From Ostreococcus lucimarinus (Eukaryota), in NCBI GenBank assembly GCA_000092065.1, contig CP000601.1: DNA of 64,000 nt. The stretch is one strand, 5' to 3'. The position numbers were made by a program, and so were the translations under genes. The notes under the pieces were generated by a model, which worked only from the letters and a program-made list of their open reading frames with translations, was not told where the DNA came from and searched no databases. Each line of letters starts with the position of its first letter. The stretch's first letter is position 1. Positions 40,024 through 49,792 of the stretch are shown here, piece by piece.

Positions 40024-41160
40024 ATGACGATCGCGTCGCTCCGCCGCGCGTCTCCGCGCGCCGCGGCGACGCGCCGTGAACGCGCGACGACGACGACGAC
40101 GCGATCGCGCGGCGCGCGATCGACGCGCGCGATCGACGCGCGCGCGCGCCGCGGACGCGTCTGCGGCGGCGACGCACCGCGAGGAGACGTGCGAACGCGC
40201 GCGAAACCGCCGCAGCGCGACACGGGGATCGCGAAAGAGGACGAGGCGTTCGAGGACGCGGACGACGAGGACGACGGCGCGGCGGGCGCGAGCGAGGACG
40301 GCGCGCGAGGCGGAAACCGGGAAACGTCGACGTCCGTGGAGGAGAAGGGAGGAATGAAGACGACGCGAAAGCGAGGATTCGATCGTGGAGAAGGTGGGTA
40401 TCAGTCGAGGTGGTGGACGACGAAGAGAGATTGCCCGGATGGGCGAAGCGGATCGAGCGAGACGCGGTGGGCGAAGTGCGATTTTAGCGGTTACAAGGAG
40501 CTCGGGTTCGAGAAGAGCGGATTTAACGACACGGGTGAGACGTGGTGGGAGACGTGGCGAGAGATCTATTGCCGGGATGATTTTACGGGCGTCGAACACA
40601 TCGAGAGGAGCGCCGATAAGTGGGCGCGAGACGCGCAGAGTAAGGAGTGGCAGGAGAAGTGGTGGGAGCGGTACTACGCCAACGGCGCCGTCGAGCGAGG
40701 GGTGGAAAAGAGCGGGCGAGAGGTTCGACAGGCGTGGTGGGAGAAGTGGGGAGAGCAGTACGATGGCGAGGGCGCGACGCTGAAGTGGACGGATAAGTGG
40801 GCGGAGAACGGCATGGGGATGCGATGGGGCGATAAATGGGAAGAGCGCCGAAGCAAGATTGGCAGCGGACGCAAGAGCGGGGAGACGTGGCGCGTCGGTG
40901 AAGATGGCGAACGGTTCAGCCGGACGTGGGGAGAAGTGTTATCCCCCGATGGTAGCGTGCGAAAGTTTGGGAACAGCACTACGGGGGAGAGTTGGGACAC
41001 AACCGTGGTCGAGAACGTGTACTTTGACAAGAGCAAGCCGCCGACGTGGCAAGAGGTGTTGAGTTCGAGCGAACGCTTAATGTCGATAGAATTGACGCCT
41101 GTGAGCCAAGACGACGACGACGACGACGATAAGTGGTCGCTCGCGAGAAACGCGCCATAA
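40024..41160 (+). CDS. Tryptophan-rich repeat protein, ESV1/LESV-like (candidate starch-granule-associated protein), chloroplast-targeted
   Basis: C-terminal half is built from W/E/K-rich repeats: SRWWTTKRD, ETWWETWREIY, KEWQEKWWERYY, QAWWEKWGEQYDGEG, LKWTDKWAENG, MRWGDKWEERR, ETWRVGEDGERFSRTWGE. Ends in a poly-Asp run. The ORF is open from 39301 but overlaps the helicase 3' end, so I chose the Met at 40024. Confidence 0.45.
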   Translation: MTIASLRRASPRAAATRRERATTTTTRSRGARSTRAIDARARRGRVCGGDAPRGDVRTRAKPPQRDTGIAKEDEAFEDADDEDDGAAGASEDGARGGNRETSTSVEEKGGMKTTRKRGFDRGEGGYQSRWWTTKRDCPDGRSGSSETRWAKCDFSGYKELGFEKSGFNDTGETWWETWREIYCRDDFTGVEHIERSADKWARDAQSKEWQEKWWERYYANGAVERGVEKSGREVRQAWWEKWGEQYDGEGATLKWTDKWAENGMGMRWGDKWEERRSKIGSGRKSGETWRVGEDGERFSRTWGEVLSPDGSVRKFGNSTTGESWDTTVVENVYFDKSKPPTWQEVLSSSERLMSIELTPVSQDDDDDDDKWSLARNAP

Positions 41161-41220
41161 TTAAGTACTATTCAATTAATTTAACGAAATCTTTCTCTTT
41201 CAATTACACAAGTTCATCAT

Positions 41221-42525
41221 TTAGAATTCCATCCCAGACTGTTGCTCCGCCTTGGCTTGACGCGTCTTTGCGGTGAGCCGCTCGATGTTTTCCCTCGCGC
41301 ACGCGTTCCAGAACGTGTCGTTAAAAGTTTTGATCGCCCCGTCTAAGGTTTGCGCACCGGAATCCAGATCGACGACGGTGGGCACGAGTTCCGGATTGAA
41401 GGAATCCGCGGTGGCGGGATCCATGGGCACGCACACACGCCCAGTTTTTGGGTGAACGCAAAACGGACCCTTCAACAAGTGATTCATGTGTCTAGACACC
41501 TCGATATCGACTCGAGGGTAGATGTGCCAGAGGATTATCTTTTCGAGCGCACCGGTAAGCTTGTAATTATTTTTCTTCAAAGAGTCTTGCACGCGGCGCT
41601 CGATGACACCCCAGCGGTCGACCGAGTTGAGCGAACTCGTCGCAAACTCCGACGCGAGATCCTCTCTAATGTTTTCGTCGGGAATCAGATTGAGGAGTTG
41701 CTCGAGCTTGGTTTTGTCCTCGAGAATTCGCTGCGTGGGCAAGTACGACTCGATCCAATATTGTTTCAAGACGCCGTCGTACGCGCGCTTCACCGAAGGG
41801 TGCATCGGCGTCGACGACAACACGCGGCGCCCCTGACCCTCGCCCTTGACGACGGCGAAATACTCGGCAACCGCAGAGCGAGCTTCGTCGCTCAACTTTC
41901 TCGCGCGCTCATCGCTGATCCAGCAGTGAATACCGCGACGACCGGAATAGACCCACAACAAGTGCTTGAAACCGAAATCCTCGCGCAAGCCGACGTCGAG
42001 CACCTTGAGCGCCACCGTCATCAACGGCCAGCACTTTCCACAGATCCCAGCCTCCTTGCAGCACGTCCGCACGTCGTCGTAATCCGTCATATCGATATCA
42101 AAAACCAACTCCCGCTCCTCCGGTTTTAACTCCACCGTGTGCCTGTCGGACGGTCTGCGGTTACAAATCGGCCCGAATTCGATGCGCGCCGGCTTTTTCC
42201 GCTCCACGTTTGTCTTAAAATCCTTCGCGTCCACGAAACTCTGATACCGCGCAAAAATCTCTCCCCCGCCCTCTTCTTGTTCCTTATCCAGCACGAAACA
42301 AAACTCCCGCCGGCTCGGGTACGTCTTCTCCGCCCTCGCGTGTCGTTCGTCGTTTCCGTGCGCCAACCACTTGAACAACAGATCCGCCGGGTAAAATTGT
42401 TTATAATACCTATACATCAAGCTCTTCACCCGCGCCTTCCCCACGTTCCCCGTGTTGAGCGCGACGTTTTCCTTCTCCCCATCCTCCGTCTTCAATCGCT
42501 TCGTCTCCGGTTCGACCGTCGCCAT
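41221..42525 (-). CDS. PRI1: DNA primase small (catalytic) subunit PRI1/p48
   Basis: RELVFDIDMTDYDDVRTCC (catalytic DxD), FKHLLWVYSGRRGIHCWISD, HPKTGRVCVPMD. The ORF is open upstream to 42822; I prefer the Met at 42525 (MATVEPETKRLK). Confidence 0.85.
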   Translation of the reverse strand: MATVEPETKRLKTEDGEKENVALNTGNVGKARVKSLMYRYYKQFYPADLLFKWLAHGNDERHARAEKTYPSRREFCFVLDKEQEEGGGEIFARYQSFVDAKDFKTNVERKKPARIEFGPICNRRPSDRHTVELKPEERELVFDIDMTDYDDVRTCCKEAGICGKCWPLMTVALKVLDVGLREDFGFKHLLWVYSGRRGIHCWISDERARKLSDEARSAVAEYFAVVKGEGQGRRVLSSTPMHPSVKRAYDGVLKQYWIESYLPTQRILEDKTKLEQLLNLIPDENIREDLASEFATSSLNSVDRWGVIERRVQDSLKKNNYKLTGALEKIILWHIYPRVDIEVSRHMNHLLKGPFCVHPKTGRVCVPMDPATADSFNPELVPTVVDLDSGAQTLDGAIKTFNDTFWNACARENIERLTAKTRQAKAEQQSGMEF

Positions 42526-42778
42526 CCTTTGTCGATCGTCACCGCGTCGATCGTCACCGCGTCGGCGCGTCTCCCGCGTCGTCTCTCGCGTCGTCTCGCG
42601 TTTGTTCTCGCGTTCGTTCGCGCGTCCGACGCCTCGAAAGCTTCGCCGCGCGCGCGCGTCTCCCGCGTCGCGTCGCGTCGCGCCGCGCGTCGCGCAGTCG
42701 CGCGGTCGTCGCTGGAATTTTAAATTTTTCGCGCCACCTGTCGCGGCGTTTGAAAATCCTCCCGTGTGTGTCTTCGCA

Positions 42779-42835
42779 CTGTTTACCCATACGTGTCGGA
42801 AATCTTGTGACTGTTTACCCATACGTGTCGGAAAT
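42779..42835. repeat. Two copies of a 25-bp direct repeat CTGTTTACCCATACGTGTCGGAAAT in the divergent primase/USP promoter
   Basis: Copies at 42779-42803 and 42811-42835, 7 bp apart. The second copy ends immediately 5' of the USP ATG (..GGAAATG). Confidence 0.85.
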
Positions 42836-44777
42836 GAACGCGCGCGCGCGCGCCGACGCCGCGCGACGACGGACGACGACGCGCGCGATGGCCGCGATGG
42901 ACGACGCGCGCGCGAGCGCGACGGCCGTCGTCGACGCGCACGTCGCGCGCGGCGCGCTGACGACGGACGACGCGCGGACGCTGCGCGAAACGATCGCGCT
43001 GGGACAAGCGCATCTGATCGCGGATTGGCCGGCGCCGGGCGTGGACGACGAGAGGAAGCGCGCGTTCGTCGAGGAAGTGCGACGGGCGGATCGGGGGTAC
43101 CCGGGGGGGGTGGCGAAGTACGTGTCGAACGCGCGCGAGCTGCTGAGGGCGTCGAAGGAGGGGAAGAATCCGTTCGAGGGATGGACGCCGAGCGTGCCCA
43201 CGGGGAAGACGGTGGAGTACGGATCGGCGGCGCACGAGATTCTGGAGAAGATTGGGATGCGGGAGACGGCGGAGACGTGCTTCGTGCTCGTCGCGGGGGG
43301 GTTGGGAGAGCGATTGGGGTACTCGGGGATCAAGGTCGCGCTGCCGGTGGAGCGGGCGACGAACGCGTGCTATTTGGAGTTGTACGTGAAGAATATCTTG
43401 GCGATGGAGAAACGCGCGGAGGGTGCGGAGGGTGCGACGAACGCGGGTGGGTGCGGGTGCTTCGGCGGTGGCGGCGCGAAGGCGAAATCGTCCACGAAGA
43501 TTCCGTTGGCGATCATGACGTCGGAGGACACGCACGCGCTGACGCTCGATTTGCTCGAACGCAACGATTACTTTGGCGCGTCTCGCGATCAAATCACGCT
43601 CATGAAGCAAGAAAAGGTGCCGTGCTTGATGGATAACGATGCACGTTTGGCGGTGAAAGACGACGATCCTTACAAGCTCGCGCTCAAGCCGCACGGCCAC
43701 GGTGACGTGCACTCTCTCCTGCACACGAGCGGGTTGTTATCAAAGTGGATGAGCCAAGGCAAGAAGTGGGTCGTCTTCTTTCAAGACACGAACTCGCTCG
43801 TGTTCCGCGTCATCCCTGGTGCGCTCGGGGTGTCGAAGACGATGAATCTTGAGTTCAATTCTTTGTGCGTTCCGCGAAAAGCCAAGGAAGCGGTCGGTGC
43901 GATTTCGTTGCTAACTCACGAGGATGGACGCAAGATGACCATCAACGTCGAATACAACCAGCTCGATCCGCTTTTGCGAGCCACTACGAATCCCGAAGGC
44001 GACGTCAACGATGCCACGGGCTTCTCCCCATTCCCGGGTAACATCAATCAGCTCATCGTGAGTCTTCCAGAGTACGCAAAACAACTCAAGAAGACTGGCG
44101 GCGCGATCGAAGAATTCGTCAATCCCAAGTACAAGGATGAGACAAAGACGGCTTTCAAATCGCCGACGCGATTGGAGTGCATGATGCAAGACTATCCCAA
44201 GAGCCTCGGATCGAAGGCTAAGGTTGGTTTCACCGTCTTTGCGAACTGGATTGGCTACAGCCCGGTGAAGAACTCTCCGGCGGACGGTTTGGCCAAGTTC
44301 AAATCTAACGGCCCGACGCACACGGCGACGAGCGGCGAGTTTGAGTTTTACGAATCGTGCGCAAACTTGTTGCGTTTGGCCGGTGCCGACGTCCCCGCCG
44401 CCGCCGTCGACGCTGAATTCAACGGTATGAAGCTTCCCATGGGTCCACGTGTTGTGCTCGGTCCGGATGTCGCCACATCTTTTGATGAACTCAAGTCGAA
44501 AGTCGGCGCCGTCAAGTTGGGCGCGAAGAGCGCGCTCGTCGTCGAAGGCTCTGGCGTCAATTTGAAAAACGTCGAAGTGGATGGTGCGCTCGTCATCAAG
44601 GCGTGCGAGGGCGCGGAAGTCATCGTCGATGGTTTGAAAGTGACGAACAAGGGTTGGCAGTGGAAGCCGACCGGCAAAGGTGCGCCCGAAGTCGACGCGC
44701 TCGCGGGATTCGTCGTGAAGAAAAACGAAACGGCCGAGTACGTCTTCGACAAGCCTGGCAAGTACACGCTCCCGTAA
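42834..44777 (+). CDS. USP: UDP-sugar pyrophosphorylase (USP; UDP-glucose/GlcNAc pyrophosphorylase superfamily)
   Basis: CFVLVAGGLGERLGYSGIKVALPVE, PHGHGDVH and NSLVF motifs typical of plant USP. 648 aa from the Met at 42834. Confidence 0.85.
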   Translation: MNARARADAARRRTTTRAMAAMDDARASATAVVDAHVARGALTTDDARTLRETIALGQAHLIADWPAPGVDDERKRAFVEEVRRADRGYPGGVAKYVSNARELLRASKEGKNPFEGWTPSVPTGKTVEYGSAAHEILEKIGMRETAETCFVLVAGGLGERLGYSGIKVALPVERATNACYLELYVKNILAMEKRAEGAEGATNAGGCGCFGGGGAKAKSSTKIPLAIMTSEDTHALTLDLLERNDYFGASRDQITLMKQEKVPCLMDNDARLAVKDDDPYKLALKPHGHGDVHSLLHTSGLLSKWMSQGKKWVVFFQDTNSLVFRVIPGALGVSKTMNLEFNSLCVPRKAKEAVGAISLLTHEDGRKMTINVEYNQLDPLLRATTNPEGDVNDATGFSPFPGNINQLIVSLPEYAKQLKKTGGAIEEFVNPKYKDETKTAFKSPTRLECMMQDYPKSLGSKAKVGFTVFANWIGYSPVKNSPADGLAKFKSNGPTHTATSGEFEFYESCANLLRLAGADVPAAAVDAEFNGMKLPMGPRVVLGPDVATSFDELKSKVGAVKLGAKSALVVEGSGVNLKNVEVDGALVIKACEGAEVIVDGLKVTNKGWQWKPTGKGAPEVDALAGFVVKKNETAEYVFDKPGKYTLP

Positions 44778-45107
44778 GCGTTTCTCTTCTCCCTCGTCCT
44801 AGTAAAAACCACCAGCGACGCAAAAACACGCCATTTGAATTGAAATAACAACACGAATGAATACTTTGTGGACGCACGTGATTACTTTATTACAGTTGCT
44901 CGCGGGAGACAGCGCTGGGCCATCGCCTTCGAGGCGTGCGCGGCATCGTCGAAGTGAGGTGGGACATTTTCAAAATGGTCATGTGCCCCGTTTCCGGCGA
45001 CCTTCTGTCGATAGTGGCTTAAATAACGCACGGAGTGTCGCGAAACGCGGAGACAGAGCTCTCAAATTCATTACAAGCCGACTCGCGTAAAGTAGTCGTT
45101 AATTTAT

Positions 45108-46343
45108 TCACGCGTCGTTCGCGACTTTCATCGTGCCGCAGCACTTGGTCGCCTGACGCGTTTCGGTCGTCGATTGGTGTCCGCAATAAAGTTTGTACGG
45201 ACCTTGGCATCCGCACCAGAAGCACGCACAACCGCTCACGCAGCCCATCAATGGACCACAATATTTATTGTCGTGATCGTACCGGAGCGAAAAGTCGCGC
45301 TTTGTCGTTCGGTCACACACCGCGATTTGGTTGAAGTACTCGCAAAAATCGTCAAACTCCATCCAAAACACGCCGTCGTGATGATCGTTCACGTACGCGA
45401 GCTCCTTCGCGATGGCCGGGTGTTTGTCCCATTCTTTCGATCCATCAGCCCAAGCGCCCTTCCATTCAAACGTCGACCACGGATTGCGAAGCTTGATGAA
45501 ACGCTTTCCACCGACGCCCCAAGAGCGTCCAGCCCAACGCACGGAGATGACGGAGAACAAGTGACCGGACACCAAGCCGGTGGTTTCGTCTTTGCTCTCG
45601 CCATTTTTAGTCATCCTCGACACGGCGATCAGGGACTTGATGCTGTCGTACTGGGTCAGGATGTTGAACAATTTATCGCGCACGATGTTTTCCTCGACTT
45701 CTTCGTGATAGATGCGATCCTTCTTACCGCCGTCACCGGGCTTACCGATAAACTTCATGTTGTGTCGCCGCCACGTGCGTTCGACGTCCATGCGCTTCTT
45801 GAGCAAGAAGACGTTATCGCCCGTGAGCGCGTGCGTGGCCCACGTGCCGAACCCGCCGTCCAGCGCGGCGTAGCTCCCCATAAACTTAGCCATCGCCTTC
45901 TCCACGATCAAAGGCCAAAACTCGTTGTTGTGCGGTTGCATAAATATCGGATTCTTCGTCCCCTTGTAACAAGGAATGAGATCGTCCACCGTCACGGTGA
46001 CCCACCTCTTCTCCTTGCCGTCGTAAAACCGCACGCGATACTTGCCGCGAAGCGACTTTTCCCCGTTCAATATCAACCGTTTGATCGCTCCCGGGTGTTC
46101 CGCCAGGCACGCCAGCGCGCTCACCAACCAACAATCCCCGAGCTGGCCCTGCACGCAGTCCCGAGGTTCGATGATTCCCTGATACAGCACCATCGGCTTG
46201 TCCTCGCTCCCCGCGCTCAGGTCGTCGACGCGCGCCCAATCGCACCCGCGAAATTCGCAATCCACCCCGAGCGCCGCGTCGCCCGCCCAGACCTTATCCT
46301 CGTACCGAAAGCATTCCAGCAGGCAACAGCACAGCGATCCCAT
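45108..46343 (-). CDS. Calpain-like cysteine protease (CysPc catalytic domain), probably N-terminally acylated
   Basis: QGQLGDCWLVSALACLA (catalytic Cys), later His/Asn regions (GHLFSV, NPW). The Met at 46343 gives MGSLCCC, a myristoylation/palmitoylation-type N-terminus. The ORF is open to 46532. Confidence 0.75.
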   Translation of the reverse strand: MGSLCCCLLECFRYEDKVWAGDAALGVDCEFRGCDWARVDDLSAGSEDKPMVLYQGIIEPRDCVQGQLGDCWLVSALACLAEHPGAIKRLILNGEKSLRGKYRVRFYDGKEKRWVTVTVDDLIPCYKGTKNPIFMQPHNNEFWPLIVEKAMAKFMGSYAALDGGFGTWATHALTGDNVFLLKKRMDVERTWRRHNMKFIGKPGDGGKKDRIYHEEVEENIVRDKLFNILTQYDSIKSLIAVSRMTKNGESKDETTGLVSGHLFSVISVRWAGRSWGVGGKRFIKLRNPWSTFEWKGAWADGSKEWDKHPAIAKELAYVNDHHDGVFWMEFDDFCEYFNQIAVCDRTTKRDFSLRYDHDNKYCGPLMGCVSGCACFWCGCQGPYKLYCGHQSTTETRQATKCCGTMKVANDA

Positions 46344-46606
46344 CGCGCCGCGCGCGCCCAGCCGCGCGTACGCGCCGAGGCACGGCGTCAGATACGCATC
46401 GATCGCGTTCCACGCGAGGACGAACGGCGCGACGAGCGCCGCGACCGCGGGGTGCCCGTTCCCGGCGCAGTGCGTCGCCGCGCACGATTCCTGCGACTCG
46501 ACGTCGCGCGCGTTCGAGCGCGCGGGCGCCATGGCGCGCGTCGACGTGACGCCCGACCGTTCGTTCGCGGTCGGTCGACGCGCGCGTCGCCACAGCGCCG
46601 CGCGCG

Positions 46607-48661
46607 ATGTCGAGCGACGGCGACGACGGCGACGACGGCCGAGGGCGCGACGACGGCGACGACGGCGACGACGCGCGGCGCGCGGGCGCGTCGCGCGCGC
46701 GCGCGGACGCGAGAGGGACGAATAATCATCGCAATCACGACGATGGCGTTCGAAATCAACGACGACGACGGTCGAGCGACGACGCGCGCGACGGCGCAGA
46801 CGACGAGACGACGAACGCGCGAGCGACCGACGGTGACGACGAACGAACGGACGCGCGACTGTTCCCGCCGACGCGCGCGGACGAGGAGGGGACGAAGACG
46901 CGGACGCGCGGGGACGAGGCGACGCGCGGGACGAACGAGGCGAAGGAAAACGACGACGAGGGGCGAAGGAAAGCGAACGAGCGCGGGAAAACGCGCGGGA
47001 GGGAAGGCGATGGCGGCGTGGGAGCGACGGGGGGGTCGATCGTGGACGCGGCGAGGGAGAGCGCGACGGCGGGGTTGGCGGTGTGCGGAAACGTGTACGT
47101 GCGGAGCGTGGAGAATAAGCTGCCGCCGGGAGTGCGATCGGTGGTGAAGGGCGCGAGGTGCGAGGTGCGGACGTTCGCGGATGTATTCTTTGCGACGATG
47201 TTCGCGTCGTGCGCGCTGACGGTGCGCGTGGTGGGGGCGGGGGCGGGGGCGGCGCGACGCGCGGGCGAACGGACGATGTCGACGGCGGGGGAGGCGAGCG
47301 CGAGAATCGCGCGCGAGGTCAAGATGAAGACGATGACGATCGCCAAGGGCGGGAACGACCGCAAAGAAGCGCGTGGGGAGGCGTCGAAGGCGTCTGAACC
47401 GTCGTCGGTGGCCTCGTTGGCGAAGGAGAAGACGAAAGAGGCGTTGCGAGGGCTCGACGACGCCAAGCTGGCCGCGCTGGCGAGCGTGAAATCTTTCTTC
47501 GATGACCGAAATAAACCAGGCGGGGACGGGACGAAGTCGAAAAAGAGTGGCGAAGCGTCCGGGTCGAAGTCGAAAAACGCGAAGAAGAAGTCGGTCGATG
47601 TGACGAAGACCAATGGCGACGCGAAGCCGCGGCGGAAGAAGTCGGTCGCGACGGAGGATGGGAAACTGAAAAGGCGCGTCGATCCTTTGCGAAGCCTCGT
47701 GAGCGAAGAAACGTCTAAAAAGGTTAAAGAAAAGTTAAAAGGGTTTGAGGATGCCGTTGGAAGTTGGCCAATGGTGCAAGCGGTGAAGCCACGCGTGGAT
47801 GGCTTCGTTGAAGCGTTCGCGGAGCGTCAACGCGTCGTCGTCGCCAAGCTGCACTCGTCCACCGAAGGCGGCGTCGACACCATACGCGGTGCGCGTGCGA
47901 GCTTGGTCCATCACGCTAAGGGCTTAAAAACACGCGTCGAGGATGGTGTCACCGGCGCGCGCGGTATTTTGGCTGGTGGAATCGCGAGCACGAGTAGACT
48001 CGTATCTCCGCTCCTCCGTCACGACAGGAGCGCGACGCAAAAAAGTCGACTGAAGACGTTTTTAAACCCTGGTTCGAGCGGACGTGCGATTATGAGAGAT
48101 GACGAGTACAGCGCTGCACAGATTGAGCGGCACCACGAGCTGAGTAAACAAGTGGAGCGCGCGGCGAAGCTTTCTCGCGAGGCGGATGGCGAGTTGCTCG
48201 CCAAGCCGCTGCGCGTCGTCGTGCAGCCGGAGGACAATCTGTTCGACATCGCCAGCATCGCTGGCATCAGCGTCATGGATCTCGCGCGCTACAACAACTT
48301 GCGTCCGCATCCAGAGAGCCACTTCCTCAAGATTGACCCCGGCCAGGTCCTGTACGTCCCTTCGCGGTCTTTGCTCGACCGCCTTCCCGCGATCGATCGC
48401 GCTAGAGAGCCCAAATACGAGCTCTCCGTCCGCGTCACCGACGTCCCGCGCGCGGCACCACCACCGACCGCTTCGTCTCGCCTCGTGCATCCATCGCGTC
48501 ACTCCAGGCACAAATCCGTGCGCGAATCCGACGACGCGTTGGAGTCATCCAACTTTGCCGCGTCTCTGGGCGTCTCGCTCGCCCTGTGCGCCGCCGCGCT
48601 CGCCCTGCGCAGCGTTCGCGAAGCCATGAATTCCGACGACGAAGACGTCAACGACGCCTAA
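46607..48661 (+). CDS. LysM-domain protein with a long acidic low-complexity N-terminus
   Basis: LysM near the C-terminus: LRVVVQPEDNLFDIASIAGISVMDLARYNNLRPHPESHFLKIDPGQVLYVP. C-terminal hydrophobic segment. The N-terminus is encoded by a (GACGGCGAC)n repeat. Start uncertain. Confidence 0.45.
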   Translation: MSSDGDDGDDGRGRDDGDDGDDARRAGASRARADARGTNNHRNHDDGVRNQRRRRSSDDARDGADDETTNARATDGDDERTDARLFPPTRADEEGTKTRTRGDEATRGTNEAKENDDEGRRKANERGKTRGREGDGGVGATGGSIVDAARESATAGLAVCGNVYVRSVENKLPPGVRSVVKGARCEVRTFADVFFATMFASCALTVRVVGAGAGAARRAGERTMSTAGEASARIAREVKMKTMTIAKGGNDRKEARGEASKASEPSSVASLAKEKTKEALRGLDDAKLAALASVKSFFDDRNKPGGDGTKSKKSGEASGSKSKNAKKKSVDVTKTNGDAKPRRKKSVATEDGKLKRRVDPLRSLVSEETSKKVKEKLKGFEDAVGSWPMVQAVKPRVDGFVEAFAERQRVVVAKLHSSTEGGVDTIRGARASLVHHAKGLKTRVEDGVTGARGILAGGIASTSRLVSPLLRHDRSATQKSRLKTFLNPGSSGRAIMRDDEYSAAQIERHHELSKQVERAAKLSREADGELLAKPLRVVVQPEDNLFDIASIAGISVMDLARYNNLRPHPESHFLKIDPGQVLYVPSRSLLDRLPAIDRAREPKYELSVRVTDVPRAAPPPTASSRLVHPSRHSRHKSVRESDDALESSNFAASLGVSLALCAAALALRSVREAMNSDDEDVNDA

Positions 48662-48838
48662 CTCGCGCGCGAATCGTTCATTGTATATCTCATTTACCGC
48701 TAGCGCACAATTCCACGACCCCTCCCACGCGTCTCGATCGCCGACAGACTTTACCCGCGCGCGTCCCGGCGGGGACAGTCACCGGGCAATTCTTTCGAAT
48801 CGCGCATTCGCAATCGGTCAAATCGCGACTCGTGCGCG

Positions 48839-49720
48839 ATGCCGACCGCGCTCCGAGCGAGCCGCGCGCGAACGCCGACGAGCGAAAGCGCGCACGCGGT
48901 CGATGGCTTGCCCGGCACGCAACCGCGCGCGAAGAAAACAAAGGAAGTGAGCGGCGAATCGCTCGGCAAGTACCGAGGCGTGTACAAGTGGAAAAATGGA
49001 AAATACCGCGCGATGATCAATAGCGAGGGCAAGACGTACGGGCTGGGCGTGTTTAGCGACGTCGAGGCGGCGGCGATGGCGTTCGACCGGGCGAGCATCG
49101 TGCTCGGGAGGCAACCGAAGAATTTCGCGACGTCGAATCGGTATGAATTTGAGTTGGACGAGCTCTCAAAGTTGAACGGGAACATACAAGCGTTGCGAAG
49201 GATGACGAGCGATAGGGCGCCGGATAAGTCGAAGAGTATGAGCGTGTATAGAGGCGTGCACCGGTGCTCGCGAACGGGACGATATCGGAGCGAGATTGAA
49301 CACAACGGTAAAAAGTTTAGCTTGGGAGTGCACGCAAAGGAGGAGGACGCCGCGAGGACGTACGATCAAGCGGCTATAGTGTGTCTCGGCGGATTGGCCG
49401 TGACGAACTTCGATCGGCAGGAGTACCAACTCGCGCATTTAGACCATTTTGCGGGTGATTTAGACAAATATAGAGCGAGCTTACACATCAAGATTCGAAG
49501 ACAAGGTACCTCTCGATCCCGTTGTACGAGCAAGCACGAGGGTGTACGCAAGTACGAACACACCTGGAAGAGCGGTAAGAAGACTGTCAAATGGCGTGCC
49601 GAAGTTAAGGTTGAGGGTAAATCGAAACAGTTGGGTTATTTCCGTTCCGAGGACGAAGCGGCTCAGGCGGTGAAGACATTCCGCGTTGGGTACGCCGCCA
49701 CGGCCACGGCGGGCGCCTAG
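48839..49720 (+). CDS. AP2/ERF-domain transcription factor with three AP2 domains
   Basis: YRGVYKWKNGKYRAMI...LGVFSDVEAAAMAFDRASI; YRGVHRCSRTGRYRSEIEHNGKKFSLGVHAKEEDAARTYDQAAI; HEGVRKYEHTWKSGKKTVKWRAEVKVEGKSKQLGYFRSEDEAAQAV. Confidence 0.75.
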   Translation: MPTALRASRARTPTSESAHAVDGLPGTQPRAKKTKEVSGESLGKYRGVYKWKNGKYRAMINSEGKTYGLGVFSDVEAAAMAFDRASIVLGRQPKNFATSNRYEFELDELSKLNGNIQALRRMTSDRAPDKSKSMSVYRGVHRCSRTGRYRSEIEHNGKKFSLGVHAKEEDAARTYDQAAIVCLGGLAVTNFDRQEYQLAHLDHFAGDLDKYRASLHIKIRRQGTSRSRCTSKHEGVRKYEHTWKSGKKTVKWRAEVKVEGKSKQLGYFRSEDEAAQAVKTFRVGYAATATAGA

Positions 49721-49792
49721 ACTAGTTCCAACTACTTTTACATGCAATAACATCACAACGAATCTACAAATACCGACTACGAATACTAAAGA

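Noticed and set aside
45174-47147. 657-aa plus-strand ORF opposite the calpain gene
   Set aside because: It is an antisense or shadow ORF in a GC-rich region with an Arg/His/Val-rich composition lacking any motif. The calpain frame carries the catalytic signature.
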